From assembly GCA_045863395.1 (NCBI GenBank), contig BTVJ01000029.1:26601-90600 (forward strand): a DNA stretch of 64,000 bases, given 5' to 3'. A program made the position numbers and the translations under genes. The stretch is from Myxococcales bacterium (GTDB taxonomy: Bacteria; Myxococcota_A; UBA9042; JABWCM01; BTVJ01). This document shows, piece by piece, positions 56,944-64,000 of the stretch; positions within the stretch are counted from its first letter, which is position 1, and each line of letters begins with the position of its first letter. The notes below the pieces were generated by a model that made no database searches, was not told where the DNA came from, and saw nothing but the letters and a program-made list of their open reading frames with translations.

Positions 56944-58221
56944 ATGAAGAAACAAGCCACCCTCGTCCTCAAGGGCCTCTGCATGGGCACCGCCGACGTC
57001 ATCCCGGGCGTCAGCGGCGGCACCATGGCCCTGATCCTGGGCATCTATGAGCGCCTGGTCGCCGCCATCCGTCTGATGGACCTGCGCACCCTGCGGCTGA
57101 TGCTCGTGGCGTCGTCCTGGCGGCGCCTGTTCACGCTGCTCGCCAACCCGGACGCCGAGAAGCTCGGCGACAGGGACGACCACCACATCGGCGCGGCGGC
57201 GTTCCTGCTCACGCTGGGCACTGGGATCATCGCCGCCGTGCTGACAGGCGTCCGCGTGATCCCCGTGCTCATGGAGCGCTACCCGTCGCAGACCGCCGGC
57301 TTCTTCTTCGGGCTCATCCTGGCGTCCATCGTGGTGCCCTGGCGCATGATGGAGCGGCGGGGGCTCGTCCAGCTCCTCGCCCTCGCCGCTGTGGCCGCCG
57401 GCACGTTCGTCCTCGTCGGCCTGCCGACGGACAGCGGGCGCTTCGCCCACGGAGAGGTGACCCTCGCCGGCTCGGCGGGGGAGGCACGCACCCTGCCGGC
57501 GGCGACCACGCTGTTCGTCGCCGTGCGGGACGGCGCTCTGAAGGACGGCAAGGTCTCGAGGGGCGCCCTCACCTTCCGGCCCACCCACGACGTGGTGTGG
57601 CCGGCCGGCCAGAGCGAGCTCACCGTCAAGGTGGTGGCGACCCGGTCGGGGGCGGACGCCAACGTCGCTGCCGGCACGATCTCGACCACCGTCGAGCCCA
57701 TCGCCGGGGTGTCCGAGGTGCGCCAGGCAGCGGCGATGAGCGGCGGCGAGGCCACCGCGCTCTGGTATCTGTTCCTCTGCGGTGCCATCGCCATCTGCGC
57801 CATGATCCTGCCGGGCATCAGCGGCTCCTTCCTGCTCCTGCTGTTGGGGCAATATGGCTACGTGCTGTTCCAGGTGCACCGCCTCGTCTACGAGCGCAAC
57901 GGCGACGCCATGGTGGCGGTCGGGGTCTTCATCGCGGGCATCGTGGTCGGGATCCTCGCGTTCAGCCGCCTGCTCAACTGGCTGCTGGTCAACGCCCACT
58001 CCACGACGATGGCGGCCCTCATCGGGCTCATGGTGGGGTCGCTGCGCAAGGTGTGGCCCTTCCAGATCACGACGCCGGAGGGCACCGAGAACGTGCTGCC
58101 CGCCGGCTTCGACGGCGTCGTCGGGGCGACCGCCCTGGCGTGCGCCGTCGGCATCGCCATCGTGGCGACCATGACCATCGTCGGGGCGCGCAAGGCCGCG
58201 GCGCGCCCGGCGGCTGCGTGA
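56944..58221 (+). CDS. DUF368 family membrane protein (undecaprenyl-phosphate translocase family) with an inserted soluble domain
   Basis: MGTADVIPGVSGGTMA..LGIY and AMILPGISGS.LLLLLG.Y; GSL...WP. Confidence 0.9.
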   Translation: MKKQATLVLKGLCMGTADVIPGVSGGTMALILGIYERLVAAIRLMDLRTLRLMLVASSWRRLFTLLANPDAEKLGDRDDHHIGAAAFLLTLGTGIIAAVLTGVRVIPVLMERYPSQTAGFFFGLILASIVVPWRMMERRGLVQLLALAAVAAGTFVLVGLPTDSGRFAHGEVTLAGSAGEARTLPAATTLFVAVRDGALKDGKVSRGALTFRPTHDVVWPAGQSELTVKVVATRSGADANVAAGTISTTVEPIAGVSEVRQAAAMSGGEATALWYLFLCGAIAICAMILPGISGSFLLLLLGQYGYVLFQVHRLVYERNGDAMVAVGVFIAGIVVGILAFSRLLNWLLVNAHSTTMAALIGLMVGSLRKVWPFQITTPEGTENVLPAGFDGVVGATALACAVGIAIVATMTIVGARKAAARPAAA

Positions 58222-58269
58222 GACGGCAGTTTCCGCGCGCGGGCGTTCTCCGTTATCATCCGGGGCGAC

Positions 58270-58785
58270 ATGAACGCTGCTCGTCCCCTGCTCGCCCTCG
58301 CCCTGACCCTCGCGGCCTGCGCGCAGGAGCCCGACAGCCGTGTGCCCTTCACCGGCTCGTGGGTGATCAAGGGGGGCGCGCCGCCATCGACCACCGTTTC
58401 GCAAGGTGGGAGCGTCGAGGCTGCCCCGCCGGAGGACCCGGGCGGCAGCGTCACCCCGACGGAGGGAGGCTGCGAGGGCATCCCGGAGGGTGGCACCTGC
58501 GCCGGCAGCAGCCTCCGCATCTGCGTGGGCGACAAGGTGGTGGAGCTGTCCTGCGCCGATGGCGGCGGCTTCTGCGTGGTCAACAAGGTCGCGGAGCAGG
58601 CCACCTGCATCTACCCCGAGGGGGGCAACCCCTGCACGGCGATGAAAGAGCCCAGCACCTGCAAGGGCGACGTGGTGCTCTGGTGCGACGACGGCGTGCT
58701 CAAGGCCGCCGACTGCACGACGGTCGGCAAGGTGTGCGCCTACGATGACTCCCAGGGCTTCGACGCGTGCGTGACCCCGCCCTGA
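58270..58785 (+). CDS. Cys-rich lipoprotein
   Basis: Lipobox LAAC; two six-Cys repeats (C.G..L..C......C). Confidence 0.75.
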   Translation: MNAARPLLALALTLAACAQEPDSRVPFTGSWVIKGGAPPSTTVSQGGSVEAAPPEDPGGSVTPTEGGCEGIPEGGTCAGSSLRICVGDKVVELSCADGGGFCVVNKVAEQATCIYPEGGNPCTAMKEPSTCKGDVVLWCDDGVLKAADCTTVGKVCAYDDSQGFDACVTPP

Positions 58786-58810
58786 CCAGCCCCGAAGGAT
58801 GCTCCCCGAC

Positions 58811-61384
58811 ATGCAGCGCTCTCTCCTCGTGGCCCTCGCGGTCATCACCTCGCTCGCCTCGCGCAGCGCCGCCGCCCAGGTCGCCGGCGCCCCCACCCAC
58901 GGCGTCGCGTTCCCCCTGGAGCTCGTGACCGGCATGGACGGCGCCGCCTCCCTGGAGGTGAACCCCGCGGGCCTCGGCTTCCTGAGCGGCTGGGACTTCG
59001 TGCTCCAGCACGCGGAGACCAGCAGCGGCGTCGGGCGCGGGACGGGGCTGCTCGGCGGCTTCAAGGTCCTTGGGCCCCTCGTGGCAGGCGCGGACGCCCA
59101 GTACCTGCGGCCCCGCGGCATGGCCGACGCCTTCAAGGGGGGCTTCGGGGTCGCGCTGGCGCCGGACCCGACCTTTTCGATCGGCCTCGCCTGGCACGGC
59201 TACGTGGCGGACGGCGACGAGGAGCTGGACTCCATGAGCACCTTGGACCTCGGGCTCATGTGGCGGCCCATCCAGTGGCTGTCGCTGGGCTTCGCGGTCC
59301 ACGACGTCAACACGCCGACGCTGCATGGCGCCGTGATCCCGCGGGCGTATGACATCGGGATCGCCGCGCGCCCCGGCACGACCCGGATGACCCTGGAGGC
59401 TGCCGTGCGCATCGACGAGCAGAGCGGCGCGGCGGACCCGTCGCTGCGGCTCCTGTTCGACCCCGCGGAGGGGTTCCACGTCGGCCTCGGCGCGCGCGCG
59501 ACGGGCCTCGACGGCACGGTGGGGCTCGACCTGACCGCCTCGCTCGGCTTCGACGTGTCGGTGCTGGGCGTCGAGGCGGGCGTCCTCGCCGACAGCGCCC
59601 CGGAGCGCGGCGACTTCGACTACGCCGGCGTGACCGCGGGGCTGCGGGTGACCAACGAGCCACGCCTGTCGGTGGGCAGGCCCGGCGGCGTGTGGGTGGA
59701 GGTCGCGCTGGACGGCTCCCCGTCGGAGGCTCCGAACCCCGGCGTGCTCGGCGGCGGCCGCATGACCTTCACGAGCTTCGTCGTCTACCTGGAGCGCCTG
59801 CGCGCGGACGACCACGTCGACGGGGTGGTGGTGAGGCTCCGCAGCTTCGACGCCGGGTGGTCCCAGGTGGAGGAGCTCCGGGCCTCGGTCAAGCGGCTCC
59901 GGGAGGCCGGCAAGCGGGTGTACTTCCATCTGGGTGAGGCCGGGACCCGCAGCTACTGGCTGGCGACGGCCGGCGACGGCATCTGGGTGGACCCGCCGGG
60001 GGGGATGTGGCTCACGGGCCTCTACCGCAGCGTGACCTACTACGAGGAGCTGTTCGGCAAGCTCGGGGTCAAGGCCCAGTTCGTGAAGATCGGCGACTAC
60101 AAGTCCTTCCCGGAGGCGTTCACGGGACGTGGGCCCACCGAGGCGTCGAGCGCCATGCAGGAGTGGCTCCTCGACGGCCTGTGGAACGACGTGGTGGCCG
60201 GCATCGCGGAGGGGCGCGGCAAGACGCCCGAGGAGGTGCGCGCGCTCGTGGACAAGGGGCCCTTCACGTCGAAGGACGCCTTTGACGCGGGCCTGGTGGA
60301 CGGCGCCGTCTACTGGGACCAGATGAGCGACACGGTCGGTGAGAAGGTCGGGCGGGGCGTCGCGTTCCGGCGCGGCTACGTCCCCGAGTCGCCGCTCTGG
60401 CCGGTCTGGGGCATCCCGGACCGCGTCGCGGTCATCGCCATCGAGGGCTCCATTACGGACGGCACGTCGGCGACCATTCCCCTGCTCGGGATGCAGATCG
60501 CCGGCGCCCGCACCATCGAGGCGGCCATCGACGCGGCCGTCGGTGACCCCACGGTCCGCGCCATCGTGCTGCGCATCGACAGCCCCGGAGGCGCGTCCCT
60601 CGGCGCGGACCACGTGTGGCGCAAGGTGGTGGAGGCGAAGAAGGCCAAGCCCATCGTCGTGTCCATGGGCGACGTGTGCGCGTCGGGCGGCTACTACATC
60701 GCGGCGGGCGCCACGAAGGTCCTCGCCGACCGCACGACGTACACGGGCTCCATCGGCATCTTCACTGGCAAGTTCTCGGTGCGGGGCCTCTTCGACCTGG
60801 TGGGGCTCGACACCCACGCCTGGCAGCGCGGCACCAACGCGGACCTCCTGTCGTGGGACGTGCCGTGGACGGCGGCGCAGGAGTCCATGGTGCTGAAGAA
60901 GCTGGAGTTCTACTACGGGCAGTTCCTCGACGCGGTGGCGAGCGGGCGCGGCATGACGGCGGACGAGGTGGACGCCGTCGCGCAGGGCCGCGTCTGGCTC
61001 GGGTCCCAGGCCCACGAGCGGAGGCTGGTCGACGGGATCGGAGGCGTGTACGACGCGATCAACGTGGCCAAGAGCGAGGCGGGGCTCGCGGCGGACCACC
61101 CGGTCGCCATCCGCATGTTGCCGGAGAGGTCGTTCCTGGAGCGGCTGATCGGCGAGGTCGTGCCCACTCTGCCGGTCTACAGCGAAGTAGGGGCGCCGCC
61201 CGAGGGGGGCGCGGCCGCGGGGAGCTCAGGGACCATCGAGGCTGAGGCCCTGCTCGCCCCGCTGGTGCGACGCCAGCTCGGGGGAGCGGCCAGCCTGGTG
61301 CCCTTCGCCTCAGGCGAGCCCCTGTTCCTGCTGCCCTTCCACGTGGAGTGGGCGCCCGAGCTGCCCGCGGGAGGCGTCCGATGA
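58811..61384 (+). CDS. sppA: Signal peptide peptidase SppA (67K type, S49) with an N-terminal beta-rich domain
   Basis: GDYKS (Lys), RIDSPGG, SMGDVCASGGY (Ser), TGSIGI, AQGRVWLG..A. Confidence 0.9.
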   Translation: MQRSLLVALAVITSLASRSAAAQVAGAPTHGVAFPLELVTGMDGAASLEVNPAGLGFLSGWDFVLQHAETSSGVGRGTGLLGGFKVLGPLVAGADAQYLRPRGMADAFKGGFGVALAPDPTFSIGLAWHGYVADGDEELDSMSTLDLGLMWRPIQWLSLGFAVHDVNTPTLHGAVIPRAYDIGIAARPGTTRMTLEAAVRIDEQSGAADPSLRLLFDPAEGFHVGLGARATGLDGTVGLDLTASLGFDVSVLGVEAGVLADSAPERGDFDYAGVTAGLRVTNEPRLSVGRPGGVWVEVALDGSPSEAPNPGVLGGGRMTFTSFVVYLERLRADDHVDGVVVRLRSFDAGWSQVEELRASVKRLREAGKRVYFHLGEAGTRSYWLATAGDGIWVDPPGGMWLTGLYRSVTYYEELFGKLGVKAQFVKIGDYKSFPEAFTGRGPTEASSAMQEWLLDGLWNDVVAGIAEGRGKTPEEVRALVDKGPFTSKDAFDAGLVDGAVYWDQMSDTVGEKVGRGVAFRRGYVPESPLWPVWGIPDRVAVIAIEGSITDGTSATIPLLGMQIAGARTIEAAIDAAVGDPTVRAIVLRIDSPGGASLGADHVWRKVVEAKKAKPIVVSMGDVCASGGYYIAAGATKVLADRTTYTGSIGIFTGKFSVRGLFDLVGLDTHAWQRGTNADLLSWDVPWTAAQESMVLKKLEFYYGQFLDAVASGRGMTADEVDAVAQGRVWLGSQAHERRLVDGIGGVYDAINVAKSEAGLAADHPVAIRMLPERSFLERLIGEVVPTLPVYSEVGAPPEGGAAAGSSGTIEAEALLAPLVRRQLGGAASLVPFASGEPLFLLPFHVEWAPELPAGGVR

Positions 61385-61857
61385 GCGAGCACGCCCCCAT
61401 CGTGGTGCCGGAGCCCGGCTGGCGCCCGATCACGACGCCGGTCAAGACGCCCCGAGCCCCCGCCTTCCTGCGCGGCGGCCCCGCCGCCGGGCGCCTCCGC
61501 GTCGCCTGGTTCGAGCGCGACGACGGCGCGGTGGTGGGCCGCGTCTGGTTCGGCCCCGGCACGGAGGGCCCCCCGGGCCACGCCCACGGCGGCAGCATCG
61601 CCGCGGTCCTCGACGAGGCCATGGGCGCGGCGGTCTGGCACGCAGGCCACCCCGTCGTCGCGGCCAATCTGAGCGTCGACTTCCGCCGCATGTTGCCCCT
61701 CGGCACGGACGCCACCTTCGAGTGCCACATCACGAGCATCGAGGGCCGCAAGGTGCGCACGCGGGGACGGCTCTTGGGGAGCAACGGGGAGCTGTTCGCG
61801 GAAGGAGCGGGGCTCTACGTCATGCTGACCCCGGAGCAGGCGGCGATGCTGGGCTGA
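61381..61857 (+). CDS. PaaI-family hotdog thioesterase
   Basis: EGPPGHAHGGSIAAVLDE, LSVDFR, EGRK. Confidence 0.88.
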   Translation: MSEHAPIVVPEPGWRPITTPVKTPRAPAFLRGGPAAGRLRVAWFERDDGAVVGRVWFGPGTEGPPGHAHGGSIAAVLDEAMGAAVWHAGHPVVAANLSVDFRRMLPLGTDATFECHITSIEGRKVRTRGRLLGSNGELFAEGAGLYVMLTPEQAAMLG

Positions 61858-61892
61858 GGCCCCATCGGTTACAGGGGGTCAGCGCCCCGCTC

Positions 61893-61922
61893 GTGACCCT
61901 CACGGCGGGGGAGGCGTACAAT
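61893..61922 (+). promoter_or_regulatory. Putative sigma70-type promoter
   Basis: GTGACC-18 nt-TACAAT upstream of GAGGAG and TTG 61952. Confidence 0.35.
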
Positions 61923-61951
61923 CCGCGGCGGGTTCATCGAGGAGCCTCCCG

Positions 61952-62347
61952 TTGGGAAACACCGCACGACGCATCCTCCGTCCGACCGACCTCGCCCTCG
62001 CAGGGGCGCTCGCGCTGCTGCTGCTCGGCGGTGCGGCCGCGGCGGCGCAGTCCACGGAGCCGTGCTGGGCGCCGGCGGACCTGCACCCCGAGACCGGGGA
62101 GGCGCCCCACCCTGTCTGCGCCCTCTCGCCGACCCTCGCGAGCCTGGAGGCGCCTCCATTCCGCGGGGTGGCCGAACCCGACACCCGCTCCCAGCACCGC
62201 TGCACCAGCCCCCGCGCGGCTCGCTCGACCCCTGCGAGCGCCCTGGCGGCTGCCTTCCACGCCCCACCGTGCTGCACGGCGGGGCCCGCCTCGCGCCGCT
62301 CGTGGCTCGTTCACCTCTCCGAAGACTCCGAAGCCGACCCCCACTGA
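61952..62347 (+). CDS. Hypothetical secreted, probably unstructured protein (candidate leader)
   Basis: GAGGAG at 61939; signal peptide LALAGALALLLLGGAAAAA. Confidence 0.55.
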   Translation: MGNTARRILRPTDLALAGALALLLLGGAAAAAQSTEPCWAPADLHPETGEAPHPVCALSPTLASLEAPPFRGVAEPDTRSQHRCTSPRAARSTPASALAAAFHAPPCCTAGPASRRSWLVHLSEDSEADPH

Positions 62348-62560
62348 CGACTCCCAGCAGTGACGGCAGCCCGAAGCTCACGCCGGCGGAGGGCTCTCCA
62401 CGGACCGTGGAGGGCATCGAACGTCCGGCGGACTGCCGTCGCCGAGTCACAGTCGACGTCAGGCTTTCAAGGAGCGCGCCGGTCGAAGTGCGGCTGGCGT
62501 GTCGGCCAAGGTCGAGGAGCGCACGTCCCGCGGGAGCGGGCAGCGCAAGGAGAGAATCCC

Positions 62561-62686
62561 ATGTCCATCGAGCTCGGAGGGTTGTTGGCGACCGTGATCC
62601 TGGTCTTCGTCGGTGGCGGCGCCATCCTGCTGAAGCACCTGTCACAGACGCGCAAGTTCAACGCCACAGGCACAGACAAGAAGTGA
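62561..62686 (+). CDS. 41-aa single-pass membrane protein
   Basis: AAGGAG at 62547; MSIELGGLLATVILVFVGGGAILLKHLSQTRKFNATGTDKK. Confidence 0.7.
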   Translation: MSIELGGLLATVILVFVGGGAILLKHLSQTRKFNATGTDKK

Positions 62687-62859
62687 CCCGCGCCGGGGAG
62701 CACCCGGTCCCCCCCCGCACCGCCGCTCGGCCAGGCTGAGCCCGGCTCCCTCCCGACGGTCCGCAGACTGCCCACCCCCCGAGAACGTCCTGTCGGCCCT
62801 TGAGCAGTGCCGATCACGGGTGTAGCCTGCCACTCCCCTTGCGGATTCGGAGGCTCCGG

Positions 62860-63903
62860 ATGGCTCGTGTCGTGGGCGTTCTCTGCATCTCACTGGTGCT
62901 CGTCGGTTGTGAGTCGGACAGGGGCGGCGGCGGCACCGGCGGCACCACGGGCACGAGCTTCTGCGCCGTGCTCGCCATGGCGGCCACCTGCCAGAGCGCG
63001 GGCCCGGAGTGCGAGAAGGTCCTCACGGTGGACGCGGCGGCCGACGACACGTGCCTCGCCGAGCGCGACACCTTCCTGAACTGCATCTCGGCGGAGTCCC
63101 TGGTCTGCGCCTCCGAGACGCTGCTCTACGCGGGCCCGAACGCCGCCTCGGGCTCGTCGTACAGCCTCGGCAACTACACGGTGCAGACCTCGTCGGGCTG
63201 CACGGTCCAGGGCGACGCGTGGCAGAGCTGCCTGCGGTGCAAGGAGCGCTTCGCGGCGGTCCGGCAGGCGGCCGAGGGCTGGTTCACGCCGAGCGAGGGT
63301 GCGCCATCGTGCGACGAGGCGCGCGAAGCCTTCCTGGCCTGCGCGCTCCCCGCGGGAGCGACGTGCCCCCTGGACGCGGTCATCGAGGCGGGCGCGACGG
63401 CGGCGACGGGCCGCACCTTCGCGGAGACCCTCGCCGGGGTGTCCATCCATGCGACAGAGGACTGCGCGAAGAAGGGCGACGCCTGGCTGAGCTGCGGGTA
63501 CTGTGGGGCGGGCCTCGGCCATGGCAAACCGGGCAAGGACGTGGGCGACCCCTGCGGAGCCACGGACGAGTGTGCGAAGGGGCTCACCTGCAAGCTCCAG
63601 CACTGCACGGCCCCATGCGACAGCGTGGGCCACGGCGCCCAGCAGGACTACTGCACCGGGCGCACCTGGAAGGACGGCGCCTGCCGCAACGACTCCGGCG
63701 CGACCCCGTCGTGCAGCAGCATCCTGAAGGCCTGCGTCACGAGCTGCGACGGCAACGACGACTGCGAGGCCATCCAGTCGGACGGCTTCTGCCCGGGCAA
63801 CGGCGCCACCCTGCTCACGGACGACTGGTCGGTGGAGTACGGCAAGTGCTTCTTCGGGCCGTGCACGGACGAGGGCTGCAAGGCGACCGACCCCTTCCCC
63901 TGA
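62860..63903 (+). CDS. Cys-rich lipoprotein with an internal repeat
   Basis: GGAGG RBS; lipobox LVGC; repeated C...R..FL.C...C...GDAW.SC..C unit. Confidence 0.78.
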   Translation: MARVVGVLCISLVLVGCESDRGGGGTGGTTGTSFCAVLAMAATCQSAGPECEKVLTVDAAADDTCLAERDTFLNCISAESLVCASETLLYAGPNAASGSSYSLGNYTVQTSSGCTVQGDAWQSCLRCKERFAAVRQAAEGWFTPSEGAPSCDEAREAFLACALPAGATCPLDAVIEAGATAATGRTFAETLAGVSIHATEDCAKKGDAWLSCGYCGAGLGHGKPGKDVGDPCGATDECAKGLTCKLQHCTAPCDSVGHGAQQDYCTGRTWKDGACRNDSGATPSCSSILKACVTSCDGNDDCEAIQSDGFCPGNGATLLTDDWSVEYGKCFFGPCTDEGCKATDPFP

Positions 63904-64000
63904 CGGTGACTGCGAGGCCGACACCTTTCACAGGGTCAGCAACACATATGGGCGCGGCCCTCATGCGCCGAGTTCGCGGCGGATCGGCCTCGGCCAACCC

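Noticed and set aside
56944..58221. Prophage or contractile injection system implied by the baseplate-like segment
   Set aside because: No sheath, tube, spike or other phage genes; the segment is an in-frame insert in a membrane protein
62828..62842. Sigma54-like TGCCAC-N5-TTGC
   Set aside because: The invariant GG at -24 is missing
63904..64000. Short inverted repeat (gaggccga/tcggcctc) at the window end as an ncRNA or element end
   Set aside because: Only 8 bp and truncated by the window edge; insufficient evidence

Overview
High-GC bacterial window whose gene repertoire (giant TPR protein, Ser/Thr kinase-PEGA genes, Cys-rich repeat lipoproteins, many lipoproteins) points to Myxococcota or a related deltaproteobacterial lineage (inference). 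It holds about 45 genes: a lower-GC left end (FGE-sulfatase fragment, orphan ORF, DUF4347-like gene), a 3729-aa TPR protein, an atypical pilT, an iscS-mnmA-mtaB-rnc operon, a cNMP-domain/PilB-GspE ATPase fusion near a class III cyclase-ATPase-TPR gene, and a long co-directional envelope cluster (lolC/E-lolD-bamA-skp-PPC lipoprotein-rhomboid-DUF368-sppA-thioesterase). Best leads: (1) a candidate cyclic-nucleotide-gated pilus/secretion motor with a nearby cyclase and hydrolase; (2) a DUF368 protein with an inserted phage Baseplate-J-like domain; (3) SppA fused behind a putative outer-membrane barrel; (4) a secreted leader ORF, a nested RNA structure and a 41-aa membrane microprotein. I recognised no rRNA, tRNA, CRISPR array, integrase or transposase. 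All family calls come from motif recognition by eye, without database searches. Many start codons were re-chosen using RBS and signal-peptide evidence.
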